64,000 nt of DNA, taken from assembly GCA_026770705.1 (NCBI GenBank), contig JANJGN010000071.1:744001-808000 (forward strand). The letters are read 5' to 3'. The notes under the pieces were generated by a model. The model did no database searches. It worked only from the letters and a program-made list of their open reading frames with translations, and had not been told where the DNA came from. A program made the translations under genes and the position numbers. Shown in pieces: positions 1 through 11,353 of the stretch. The stretch is from Isurus oxyrinchus (Eukaryota). Position 1 is the stretch's first letter. Each line of letters begins with the position of its first letter.

Positions 1-119
1 TCGGGGTCAATCTGTGCCCGGGAGCATAAAGCAGCAAAATCAGGAGCCCGCTTTACATCTCTCTGAATTTTAACTATCATTAACCCCAGTAACATCCATT
101 CAAATGACTTAGTCATAAG

Positions 120-276
120 ATTCCTCACACATTCACTTGCACACTCACACACCCACACCCACACAGACACACTGACACACTCACTCATTCACATTGACAC
201 ACACTGACAGAGTCACACACACCCACACAGACACACTGACACACTCACTCATTCACATTGACACACACTGACACAG

Positions 277-312
<36 letters not shown>

Positions 313-460
313 ACACAATCACACACATTCACATTGACACGCACTGACAGTCACACATACACACACACACGCTGACACAATCACACACATTCACATTGAC
401 ACACACATATTGACAGTCACACACACACGCTCATAAAGACAGACACAAACACAGTCACGT
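120..460. repeat. Imperfect (CA)n microsatellite
   Basis: CA/CACT/GACA runs seen directly. Confidence 0.85.
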
Positions 461-635
461 GAGGTGAATAGTGTCGATGTATTTAAGGGGAAGCTGGATA
501 AACACACGAGGGAGAAATGAATAGAAGGATATGGTGATGGGGTGAGATGGAGAAGGGGTGGGCGGAGACTCGTGTGGAGCAGAAACTCCAGCATGGAACA
601 GATGGGCCGAATGGCTTCTTTCCCTGCTGTAAAAC
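460..635 (+). mobile_element. CR1-type LINE 3' end fragment
   Basis: gcatggaacagatgggccgaatggcttctttccctgctgt resembles the CR1 3' termini seen elsewhere in the window. Confidence 0.5.
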
Positions 636-759
636 GCAGGTAAAGATTCAGTTGGAATTAATGAACAGGGCCTGTGTGAAATAGATTGCTAAGCAGTAGA
701 TAAGGAGGGGAGAGGCTGTGGCATGGTGCAGGATGACCTTGCGTGAATGAGGCCAGGGT

Positions 760-876
760 CTAATATCTACAGCAGAGACCACAAGTCTCATTTGGTTCTC
801 TCCAATTACAGCAGTTACAGCAGAATCTGCAGAGCTGCTGTCTGCCCATTCTGTTCTGGCGCTGCAGCAAGGAGCC
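760..876 (-). CDS. hamp: Hepcidin-like gene, exon 3 (end of propeptide, RQNR convertase site, mature 8-Cys peptide)
   Basis: Acceptor ctgcttttccag|GGC at 876. Translation GSLLQRQNR-MGRQQLCRFCCNCCNWREPNETCGLCCRY*, with TAG at 762-760. The C-xx-CC-x-CC-(x)n-C-G-x-CC pattern after an RXXR site is the hepcidin signature. Confidence 0.9.
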   Translation of the reverse strand, partial: GSLLQRQNRMGRQQLCRFCCNCCNWREPNETCGLCCRY

Positions 877-959
877 CTGGAAAAGCAGGAGGACAATAGG
901 TGAGAACATTCCGGAAAGAAAGAAGGCATCATTTCAATCAGGCGCGTCATTGGAAGGAG

Positions 960-1340
960 GATGGCACATTTCCATAGCGCCTTTCCCCTCCTCAGGATGG
1001 CCCAAAGTGTTCCACAGCTGAAGGAAGGACTTTTTCTGAAGTGAGCTCACCGCTGTAATGTAGGAAACGCAGCAGGCAATTCACGCACAGCAAGATCCCA
1101 CAAACAGAAATGTGATAATGGCCCCGATTTTCAGTTTTTTACCAATGTCAGTTGAGGGATAAATGTTTGCCCCAGGAAAGCGGACATAACTCCACCCCAT
1201 CCAGCCCCCACCACCCCCTCCACACATACCCCCAACTCCTGACGCACTTCATTTAAATTGTGGCCATGGAATCCTCTACATCCATCTGAGAGGGCAGATC
1301 TTGTCTCAGTTTAACATCTCATCTGAAAGACAGCGCCTTC
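960..1340 (-). mobile_element. Deu-domain SINE (SacSINE1/AmnSINE-like)
   Basis: gcacagcaagatcccacaaac...gttgagggataaat core. Other copies lie at 3430-3720, 15770-16040 and 39905-40205. Confidence 0.6.
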
Positions 1341-1575
1341 AACAGTGCAGCACCCCCTCAGTATTGACCCTCCGACTGTGCAGCACTCCCTCAGTACTGA
1401 CCGTCTGACAATGCAGCACCCCCTCAGTACTGACCCTCCGACTGTGCAGTCCCCCGCCGGTACTGACCCTCTGACAGTGCAGCACTCCAAGACTGACCGT
1501 CTGACAATGCAGCACCCCCTCAGTACTGATCCTCCGACTGTCCTGCCCCCCCGCCGGTACTGACCCTCCGACAGC
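1340..1575. repeat. 33-bp minisatellite (CAGTACTGAGGGAGTGCTGCACTGTCAGAGGGT family)
   Basis: Tandem units seen directly, abutting the SINE 5' region. Confidence 0.9.
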
Positions 1576-1851
1576 TCGGTAATTTCTCAATTACGCCTGG
1601 TGGTCCTTTTAACTCAGAGCTGAGAGTTGCAGAGAATCGAGCAGACACCCTGAACTGACACTTGCAGTGCAAGTACTGGGAGTGCGCTGGTCATTATCAT
1701 GCTGCTGTCTGTGGGATCTTACAGTGCGCCAATGGCTGATTCTTTTCCCACAGTACATCAGTGACCTCACATGAAAGAAAACAAGCACTTGATTGTCTGC
1801 GAAACAGTTTGGGACGTCCTGATGTGTTGGAAGGCGCTAGAGAAATGCAAG

Positions 1852-2000
1852 AGTTGACGTTTCGAGTCCTCATGACCCTTCTGAGGACTCGAAACGTCAA
1901 CTCTTTTCTTCTCCGCCGATGCTGCCAGACCTGCTGAGTTTTTTCAGGTAATTCTGTTTTTGTTTTGGATTTCCAGCATCCGCAGTTTTCTTTGTTTTTA
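1852..2000 (+). mobile_element. Penelope-like element terminal fragment with inverted 5' end
   Basis: Short palindrome plus gatgctgccagacctgctgagtttt tail, flanked by a 14-bp direct repeat tagagaaatgcaag (~1838 and ~2001). Confidence 0.7.
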
Positions 2001-3266
2001 TAGAGAAATGCAAGTCCTCTTTGTCTTTCACTTGATCCTCTAAGGTGTCTGTTGATTAACCAGCCTCTCGGTGTATGATGTAGGCCTGGTTATAAACAGT
2101 TAGAAGGATCAAATATCAAAAGTGCTTTGGCTGACAGTCAAACCGATTGTGCATTCGGAGAGATTAGATACGGTCTGCGCACAATGACTCCAGTCTCTGG
2201 CACTGACTGCCGCCTGGGGTCTCCCTTCCACATAACACTCACAACTTGCATTTACACAGCGCCTCTGACATTGCAAAATGTCCCAGCCCACATTACCGGA
2301 GCATAAATCAGAGAGAAGTCTAACACTGAGTCACATATGGAGATATTAGGGATAGGTGACCAAAAGCTTGGTCAAAGATGTCAGTTTTTAAGGAGCGTCT
2401 TAAAGGAGAGAGAGAGAGAGAGGCAGAGAGGTTAAGGGAGGGTATTCCGGAGCTCAGGGCCCCAGGCAGCTGAAGGCACGGCCACCAATGGTGGAGCGAT
2501 GGGAATCAGGGGGACCCGGGAGATGCAGTAATGTCAGAGATTTTGGAGGAACATCGGGACCGGAGGAGGTGTTCTCCTGCTCCATATCTCTCTCTCTCTT
2601 CCTCTCTTCCACTCCTCCTCTCCCTGTCTCTCTCTCCTACTCTTCCTCTCAACTGCCCTCTCTCCCAATCTTTCTCTCCTCTCTCCCTTTTCCTGTCTCT
2701 CTCCCTCTCACTCCCCTGTCTCCTTCTCCCACTCTGTATCTCTCCCTCTCTCTCACACTATTTTTGTAACTTTCGCTCACTCTGTAACTCTCCCTTCCCT
2801 GTTAATTTCTCTCTCTTGGACAATCTCTCTTCCCTTTTCACTTTCCCTCACTCTGCATCTCTTTAATTTCTCCCTCTGTCACTCTCTCCCACCTATGTTC
2901 TTTCCCTTTCACCCCTCCCCGTCCCACTCTGTGTCTCTCCCTTCCAATCCCTCCCTCCCCCATTCCATCCCTCTCTCCGACTCTCGACTCCCAGCCTCTC
3001 TTTAACCCACTCCCAGGCTGGATCAGTCTCCCTCTCACTATTCCCGGCGTGGGTTACATTTAAAATTCCTGTGGGGATATGTTCACTTCCTTGGAATTGT
3101 CTCTTCCCAGCTTTGCAAAAAAGTTGGCGGGGGGGCTCGATTTCAAACCTGCCTCCTGAGTATAACCGAGACAGACTGCCACTGAAATCAGCTTGAAATC
3201 AGAAAACTTTCTGTGGAAGAAACGAGCAGGGAGAAACCTTAAAATAAGGAATGAATTTCCACCTAC

Positions 3267-3323
3267 CGTGTCCGGGGAATCCACAGATTTCTCAATCGTC
3301 GAAGAACCTAAAGCAGTGTCAAC
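3267..3323 (-). CDS. hamp: Hepcidin-like gene, exon 2 (propeptide, 57 nt)
   Basis: Acceptor ttctttctttttgcag| and donor ACG|gtaggt. Phase 0/0, reading VDTALGSSTIEKSVDSPDT in frame with exon 3. The size is close to the ~60-nt exon 2 of known hepcidins. Confidence 0.8.
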
Positions 3324-3429
3324 CTGCAAAAAGAAAGAATTTATCAGGGAGAAAGTGAGAGGAGGATTGAGGGAGAGGGAGAGAGAGAGAGAGAGGTACA
3401 GGAGAGAGAGGGGGAGGAGGACAGACTTG

Positions 3430-3950
3430 CATTTCTCTAACGCCTTTCACCACATCCCAAAGCATTTCACAGCCACTGAAGGATGTTTTTGAAGTGCACT
3501 CACACTGTAGGAAATGTGGCAGCTGATTTGTGCACAGCAAGATCCCACAAATAGCAATGTGATCATGGCCTAGATCATCTGTTTTTGGTGATGTTGGGTG
3601 AGGGATAAATATTGGTCCCAGGACACCGGGGAGAACACCCCCTGCTCTTCCTCCAAATAGTGGCTGTGGGATCTTTCACACCCGCCCGAGAGGGCAGACG
3701 GGGGACTCAGTTTAATGTCTCATTCAACATTGTTGTGCTCCCTCAGTACTAACCCTTTGACACTGCAGCACTCCCTCAGTACTGACCCTCCGACAGTGCA
3801 ACACTTCCACAGTACTGACCCTGTAACAATGCAGCACTTCCTCAGTACTGACCCTCCGACAGTATAGCACTCACTCAGTACTGTCCCTCCAATAGTGCAA
3901 CACTTCCACACTACTGACCCTCTGACAGTGCAGCACTCCCTCAGCACGGA
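3430..3950 (-). mobile_element. Deu-domain SINE plus 33-bp minisatellite
   Basis: Same SINE core as 960-1340, with the minisatellite at 3735-3950. Confidence 0.6.
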
Positions 3951-4009
3951 GTATTGACCTACGTTATGGGACTGAATTCCCTGGAGTGAGACTCAGACCA
4001 GAGATTTAG

Positions 4010-4790
4010 GTAGGGTTGTTCCGGCTGGAGGAGGTTACAGAGATAGGGAGGGTTGTAGAGGCTGTAGGAGGTAACTGAGATAGGGAGGATTCTAGAGGCT
4101 GTAGGAGGTTACAGAGATAGGGAGGGTTGTAGGGGCTGTAGGAGGTTACAGAGATAGGGAGGTGAGTAGGGGCTGTAGGAGGTTAAAGAGATGGGGGGGT
4201 TGTGGGGGCTGGAGGAGGTTACAGAGGTAGGGAGGGTTGTAGAGGCTGGAGGAGGTTACCAAAATAGATACTGTTGTAGGGGCCACAGTCGGTTACAGAG
4301 ATAGGGAGAGTTATAGTGTGGAGAGGACGTTATAGAGTTCATGAGCATTGTAGGGGCTGGAGGAGGTTACAGTGATTCTGAGGGTCGTGGGGCCTGGAGG
4401 AGGTTACAGAGATAGGGAGGGTTGTAGGGTCTGGAGGAGGTTACAGAGATAGGGAGGGTTGTAGGGGCTGGAGCAGGTTACAGAGATAGGGAGGGTTGTA
4501 GGGTCTAGAGGAGGTTACAGTGATCATGAGGGTTGTGGGGCCTGGGGGAGGTTACAGAGATAGGTAGGGTTGTAGGGGCTGGAGGAGGTAACAGAGATAG
4601 GGACAGTTGTAGGGGCTGGAGGAAGTTACAGAGATAGGGAGGGTTGTAGGAGCTGGAGGAGGTTACAGAGATAGGGAGGGTTGTAGGGGCTGGAGGAGGT
4701 TACAGAGATAGGGAGCGGTGTAGGGGCTGGAGGAGGTTACAGAGATAGGGAGGGTTGTAAGGCCTGGTGGACGTTACAGAGATAGGGAGT
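4010..4790. repeat. 37-bp minisatellite (GGAGGAGGTTACAGAGATAGGGAGGGTTGTAGGGGCT)
   Basis: About 20 tandem units inside hepcidin intron 1. Confidence 0.9.
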
Positions 4791-4991
4791 GGCTGAGGAG
4801 GGATTGAAAACAAGAATGAGAATTTCAGGGGAAACGACAGAAGGAAATGATGTTAAATTCATAGAGGGCGACAATATTAAAGGCACGAACATAATAATAT
4901 CAAACTGCGGAAGTGACCAGTCTATCTGGGTGGTAGATGTAGAGTCATGTGCAAGAAACACCTCACCCAGAGGGACATCTCTTAGCTTAAC

Positions 4992-5083
4992 CTCGACAAG
5001 GAGAAGAAGTGACTCAGCTGCAGGGAGAGCAGCAAAGTCAGAGTGAACAAGACAAGTCGCCATTTCATCTGGGAGCTTCCCAT
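4992..5083 (-). CDS. hamp: Hepcidin-like gene, exon 1 (signal peptide); donor apparently defective or out of phase
   Basis: gagATGG at 5083 gives MGSSQMKWRLVLFTLTLLLSLQLSHFFSLS, a basic n-region plus hydrophobic core. The only suitable GT (AG|gttaag) leaves 92 nt, phase 2, whereas exons 2 and 3 need phase 0. Confidence 0.7.
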
Positions 5084-5154
5084 CTCTGCCTGTCTCTTCT
5101 GATCTTCTGGCTCTGCTTTGATGCTTTGGTTTGTAACTAGAGGAGCTTCCTGCT

Positions 5155-5650
5155 CTTATACCTGAAACACTTGAAGGGGACAGCCGCGGGTGGGTAGCTG
5201 TGTGGTATCACACCCATTTCTGGATATTGCAGTGTCGATGTTCCCTGTCCCACTGGCCTGGGACCAGCAGTAAGGTCACTGGGACATTGACTGTCTGGCG
5301 CCGAGAACTATCAGTCCCTCCGCAACGCCCTTCACCTTGTGCAAATATGTGTTCATATTGATGCAACACAACATAGCAAAAACATAGGGGCTGGTTCTTA
5401 TGTCGGCAAATCAGGTGAAGCGCACGCCCCCTAACCCCTTACTCCTCTCATTGCTCCTCCTTCCTGCCAGACACTTACTATTTTACAAATTGTGTGCGTT
5501 GCTTTTATTTCGGACAAGGGGCCTCGAGGGGGAACTGATTTACGCTGAGGTTTAGGGGTTAACAGCCATGTCATGTGTTGATCGGTCAGTGTTTACCATG
5601 TGGAGACTGTCTGTCACCAGCTTTGTTAATGGTTTATCCAGGAACATTGA
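5155..5650 (-). promoter_or_regulatory. Putative hepcidin proximal promoter
   Basis: TATAAG at 5160-5155, 77 nt upstream of the ATG. GGCGCC at 5297-5302 followed by AGAC (Smad/BMP-RE-like). TTGTGCAA at ~5337 and TGATGCAA at ~5359 (C/EBP and C/EBP-ATF-like). GTTAATGGTTTAT at ~5625 (HNF1-like). Confidence 0.5.
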
Positions 5651-5759
5651 AGGGCATGAACGTTCTTGCTTTGTATGGAACAAGTTACCAACTGGGTTCA
5701 GTCATCGACTCAGACTCACATCAACATAAACTGGCTTCTGACAGGTAAGTTTCTATTAC

Positions 5760-6360
5760 ATAAGGGTAGGAGGAGGCCATTTGGCCCCTCGAGCCTGCTC
5801 CACCATTCAAAGAGTTCATGGCTGATCTGCAAACTAGCCCCATATGCCTTTGTCCCATCTCCTTTAATACCTTTGGATAACAAAAATCTATCAGTCTCAC
5901 AGGTTTAAAATGAACAACTTGATCGTGCATCAGTTTCAGTTTGGGGAAGACCGTTCCAAATTTCTCCCACCCTTTGTACTTCCTAATTTAATTCCTTTTT
6001 AGGCTCTGACCCCGAGTCCCAGACTCCCCCCAACCAGGGGAAATGGTTTCTCTTTATTGCCCCCAATCTGTTCCCCTTATTATCATGCAAACTTTCATCA
6101 AATCTCCTGCTTAACATTCTAACTTCCAGGGAATACAAGCCGAGTTTGTGTTTAATCTCTCCTTGTGATTTAACCCTTGGAGTCCCGGTCTCATTCTGGT
6201 AAACTGACACTGCTCTCCCTCCGAGGTCAATATATCCTTCCTAAGGTGTGGGGCCCAGAATGTCTCACAGTGACTCCAGGTGTGGTCTAGCCAGGGCTTT
6301 ATGTAGACTGAAGCATGACCTCTGCCCCCTTATATTCTAATCCGTGAGATAGAAAGGGCA
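5760..6360 (-). mobile_element. CR1 LINE 3' fragment
   Basis: Degenerate LGLYSLE..RL..D RT C-terminal motif (ORF 5983-6210) and the CR1 3' tail. Confidence 0.7.
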
Positions 6361-7439
6361 GAGTTCCAGAATTGTTGTGTTTATTCGACAACAGAATAAC
6401 AGAGGAAGGTTTCCTCTCTGCCCTCTTCAGCCCCACTGGGAAGGTCAGGATGAGAAGGTTGGGCTGGGTCCCCTGTACTGGACACTCGCTGAATCTTCCA
6501 ATGATAGTTCTGGGCTGGATTTCAAAACGCATAGACAAGGATTCAGTGTTCCATCACATTCTGCCTTTGTCTCTTTTCCTCTCGTTCTCTTTCTCTACCA
6601 TCCTCTCTCTCTATCTATCTATCTTTCTCCTCATTCTCTCCTGCTTCATCTCTATCACTTTCTTTCTACTTCTTTGTGTGTCTCTGTCTGTCTCTCTCTC
6701 TCACTCTTTCTTTCCTTGTCCTTATCTCTTTCAGTGTCTCCCTCTTTCTCTCTCTCTCTCTCTCTCTAAATGTGACCCTCTCTAACAGTTTGGCCCAGTA
6801 CTCTTATTTCCCTGTTTTACTGGTGTTCCATTTGAAGGTATACAAGACCAGATCAGACCAGAATGTTTATTTCCCAGTGTTTACTGTGTTTTTTTCATTC
6901 TGGGTGTCTCTCGACTCTGTCTGTCCCTCTCTGTCCTTTTATTTCATTCTTTCATGTGATGTGGACATCACTGCCCAGGCCAGCATTTATTGCCCAACCC
7001 GAATTGCCCTTGTTCAGAGGCCACTTTTTAAAAGTCAACCACATTGCTGTGGGTCTGGAGTCACATGTAGGCCAGACCAGGTAAGGACAGCAGATTTCCC
7101 TCCCTATAGGGCATTTGTGACCCAAATACAAGAATCGGCAATGGTTTCCTGGTCATCATCGGACTTTTAATTCCAGGTTTTTATTGAGTTCAAATTCCAC
7201 CAACTGCTGTGGTGGGATTCTAACCAGGGTCCCAGGAGCATTACACTGGGTCTCTGGATTACTGGTCCAGTGAAAATACCATCAGGCCAACACCTCCCCA
7301 CTCTTCCCTTCCTCCATCTTTCACACTTGTTCTGTCTCTCTCTCACTCTCCTTCTCTCTTCTCCCTCTCTCAGTCTCTGTCTGTCTCTCAATCTCTCTAT
7401 CGCTCTCTCTCTCCCTGTCGCTCTCTCTCTGACTGTCTC

Positions 7440-7950
7440 CCTCCCTATCTCTGTAACCTCCTCTCTCTGTCCTTTTCCTCCAGCCCCTACAACCCTCCCT
7501 ATCTCTGTAACCTCCACCAGCCCCTACAATCCTCCCCATCTCTGTAACCTCCTCCACCTCCCACAACCCTCCCTATATCTGTAACCTCCTCCACAAGCCC
7601 ATACAATCCTCCCTATCCCTGTAACAACCTCCAGCCCGACAACACCCCTATACATGTCACCTCCTCTAGCCACTGTAACCCTAATAATCTCCCAAGCCTC
7701 CACCAGCCTTGACAATCCTGCCCATCTCTGTAACATCCTCCAACCACCACAACCCTCCCTATTTCTGTAACCTCCTCCAGCCCCTACAACCCTCCCTATC
7801 TCTGCAACAGCTTCCAGCACCTACAACCCTCCCTATCTCTGTAACCTCCTCCAGCCCCTACAACACTCCTTATCTCTGTAACCTCCTCCAGCCCCTACAA
7901 CCCTCCCTATCTCTGTAACCTCCTCCAGCCCCTGTAACCCTCCCCATCTC
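7440..7950. repeat. 37-bp minisatellite (reverse orientation)
   Basis: ccctccctatctctgtaacctcctccagcccctacaa units. Confidence 0.9.
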
Positions 7951-8339
7951 TTGAAGGGTTCTCAAAATTTCCAACTGTCAAGGAACCCTGGGTTGGTGAG
8001 CGTGACCCCTGACCTCTCCTAGTGCAATTTAGTTAGGGTTTGGGGGATGGGACAAGGGTAAGGGCATTAGTAGCATGATTCTCCCTCGTTATGCCGTGTG
8101 TTCCCCATTCTTAACTCAGTGTACTTTGTAAGTCTGTATAATCTCAGTGTCATCCTAATGTTAGAAGTTCATTTGTGACTTCAGTAAACTCAGTTTTTGT
8201 CTTGCACCAAAACCAGTTGTCTGCTGCACTTTGTGACAAGCCCCGAATAAGTCCAAGGTCTAGAACCCAGGGAGTGGGAGCGATTCAGACGGCTCAGAAG
8301 TCGCAGGTGAAGCTGACACACACCACCACACCCTACAAG

Positions 8340-8830
8340 GGGCTGAATGGCCTCCTCCTGTTCCTGTGTAATGGGCATCAGTGGCTGAATGGCCTCCTCC
8401 TGTTCCTGTATAACGGACATAAGTGGCAGAATGGCCTCCTCTTGTTCCTGTGTAACGGACATAAGTGGCAGAATGGCCTCCTCCTGTTTCTGTGTAACAG
8501 TCTTGAGGGGGCTGAATGGCCTCCTCCTGTTCCTGTGTAACAGTCTCGAGGGGGCTGAATGGGCCTCCTCCAGTTCCTGTGTAACAGACATCAGTGGCTG
8601 AATGGGCTTGCTCCTGTTCCTGTGTAACAGGCTTGAGGGGGCTGAATGGCCTCCTCCTGTTCCTGTGTAACAGGCTCAAGGGGCTGAATGGCCTCCTCCT
8701 GTTCCTGTGTAACAGGCTCGAGGGGGCTGAATGGCCTCCTCCTGTTCCTGTGTAACAGGCTCAAGGGGCTGAATGGCCTCCTCCTGTTCCTGTGTAACAG
8801 GCTCGACGGGCTGAATGGCCTCCTTCTGCA
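8340..8830. repeat. ~42-bp minisatellite derived from the CR1 3' end
   Basis: gggctgaatggcctcctcctgttcctgtgtaacaggctc units. Confidence 0.85.
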
Positions 8831-8849
8831 CTGTAAACTTGTTGTGATA

Positions 8850-9085
8850 CTGTAACTGCCTCTTTGGTTTCATTCAGCTGAATCTTCAGCTCTTCAGTCT
8901 CTTCCTTGTATCTCTTGCCTTCCTCCTGGAACATTGGACATGGTTGGGTCTTCCCTGCCAACTGTTTCTTCAGTTTGCTCAGAGCGGCACAGAATTCGCT
9001 TTCTTTCTCTTCAGGATTTTCCAGTGGAACCAACTCTGACCTGAGGGACACTTGCAGCCTGTGAGGATGCTTCAATTCTTCAAAC
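8850..9085 (-). pseudogene. Coiled-coil coding fragment, possibly UACA/RAI14/ANKRD24-like
   Basis: FEELKH...SELVPLENPEEKESEFCAALSKLKKQLA...EETEELKIQLNETKEA is heptad-like. The family assignment is from memory only. Confidence 0.35.
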
Positions 9086-10199
9086 TCATTCCGAGATACA
9101 CTCTCATATTCCCCCAGCAACTCAGCAACTCCTCCAGTGAAACATTTCAGAGCAGCTGAGCTTGGTTTTCTGGAACCAGTCTCGGCCCAGAAGACTAGGG
9201 CCCTCACCTGTCGCTATGATCACTGGAAGCTGGGCTGTCTGCTGCCTGTAGGACACAGGTACTGGGATGAGGTCCTTTCCCTGTATGGATTCTCCAGTGT
9301 GTGTCTTCAGCTGATCCATTGTTGGCTCTAAATTCAGCGTCTGGGTTCCTTCATTTAGCTGTTTAAATGTGGGCTCTTCCACCACTGTGTCTGAGGCTCC
9401 CGTATCTGCCCCATTACTAGTGGCTGCCCATTCACTTGGGTTGTGATGGTTATAGGTTCAGTTTTTAGCACTGTGACATTGGACAGGGAATAGACATCGG
9501 TATCAGCAGCTTCAGGCTCTGTGATATTATTCACTTCCATCATGTTGGTGCACTGCCTGATGGGCTGTCTCGATTTCACCCTGCATTGCTTTATTACCCG
9601 CCCCTTTCTTGTGGCAGTGATGGCATTCTGCTCCCTTGAACCTGCAGGTGTCCGGTACGTGCTCAATGCCCCCCACATCGAGAACAGGCCAACTTCGGAG
9701 TTGCTGCTGAAATACTCCCACGAAGCCTTTTAGTTTCTGGAGCGGCAGATACTGTCTCTCGCTTGGCGGCTGTCTCTCTCTCTCTCTCTCTCTCTCCAGT
9801 TTGAGCCTCACGCCCGGTGGTTGGTTCCTGTCCCAGCTGAGGACTGGTGCCATGTTGTACATCCTGTAAATCCCGCCAGTCTCTCCCAGCATTTTCCATG
9901 CCTGGCGCTATTTCCATGGTGCGCTTCAAATCGATGTCGGCTTCTGCGAGTAAACGGCTCTGAATGGCGTTGGGGTGAACGACACAAACCAATCGGCCCC
10001 GCAACATGTCATTGAGTGTGTCTCCGAGGTCCCAGTGCTCAGTCACCTGCTTCCACTTCACTGTATAGGTTGCGATGGACTCTCCCGGGGCCCTTACTCT
10101 GGAGTTAAACTTAAACATTTTCATTATTACCCACGGCTTCAGCTGAAAACACATCTTCATGAGGTCGACTAATTGGTGAAAAGATTTAGAATTGGGTGC
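9085..10199 (-). mobile_element. Gypsy LTR-retrotransposon internal fragment (gag, zinc knuckle, protease), frameshifted
   Basis: FKFNSRVRAPGESIATY, LNDMLRGRLVC, CSRCGG-H/CHHCHKKG knuckles and GEGPSLLGRDW. Confidence 0.85.
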
Positions 10200-11353
10200 A
10201 ATACACGTCACTGTCTTCAGCTCTGAGACTGTCAATCCTCACCAAACAATTCTTCCCTTCCAATTCGCCGATTATTTTAGCACGTCCCACGAATGTGGCT
10301 ATCGCATAATTGGGATCTTTGGTGTATGTGATGGTATATTTCCATCTATACCAATATTTATACCAAGCTCCGTGCAGTGCTGTGTAAGAGTGGGAAGGAA
10401 AGTCAAAGCTACACGGAATAACCACACAAGAGCTGCTGATGGCCCTCCGAGGCAGCGCCTTCATAGACCATCCCTCTGACGTCACTCCTGAAAGGCAACA
10501 AGGGAAGAGACAGGACATCAAAAAGCAGAATATTACTTCAATGGAGAGAGTCTACAGAATGCGGTACAGAGGGATCTGGGTGTCCATGCACATGAATCAC
10601 AGAAAGTCAGCATTCAGGAACACCACGGAATGAGGAAGGCAAGTGGAATGTTGGCCTTTATTGCAAAGGGATGGAGTATAAAAGGAGGGGAGTCTTGCTA
10701 CAACTGTACAGGGCGTTGGTGAGATTGTATCAGGAGCAGTGTGTACAGTTCTGGTCTCCTTACTTAGGGAGGGATAGACTCTGCATTGGAGGCAGTTCAG
10801 AGGAGGATCACTGGGCTGATTCCTGGGATGAAGGGGGTTTGTCTTATGAGGAAATGTTGAGCAGGTTGGGCCCTGTATCCATTGGAGTTTAGAAGAATGA
10901 GAGGTGATCTTATTGAAACATATAAGATTCTGAGGTGGTGGGGGGTTTGACAGGGTGGATGCTGAGGGGATGTTACCCCTTGTGGGGGAATCCTGTGAAG
11001 CAATAAGGATGTTTTACTGCATTAAAGGTGCTATATAAATGCACTGTCATTCCTATTGAAACAAGCTCTCTGCTGCACAAACAGAAAATGCTGGAAAAAC
11101 TCAGCAGGTCTGACAGCATCTGTGGAGAGAGAAACAGAGTTGGTGTTTCGAGTCCATATGAGGCTTTTTCTTTTGCTAAATTCTCTGACTCGCTAATCAC
11201 TCACTCTCTGTGTGATCACTAACCCTGTTCTCTAAAATTAAATGTTCACTTCCTCACTCCAGGAAAGAATCCAATTCCCTGAGTTCCGATCAGTAATGAA
11301 TTTGTACCTTGCAGCAAGCTGATGCAGATCAATATCAGACCGACCTCTCCCAT
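10186..11353 (-). pseudogene. Siglec-like leader (11353-11308) and V-set exon (10487-~10199), truncated by Gypsy sequence
   Basis: Leader MGEVGLILICISLLQG|gt is phase 1. V exon VTSEGWSM..SCVVIPCSFDFP..W..GRAKIIGELEGKNCLVRIDSLRAEDSDVY shows the Siglec Cys pattern and stops before the F-strand Arg. Confidence 0.85.
10530..10990 (+). mobile_element. CR1 LINE fragment in the leader-V intron
   Basis: LQLYRALVR..CVQFWSPYL motif (ORF 10671-10892). Confidence 0.8.

Noticed and set aside
648-950. 100-aa minus-strand ORF
   Set aside because: It is an alternative frame over hepcidin exon 3 and its intron; the Cys-pattern frame is the meaningful one.
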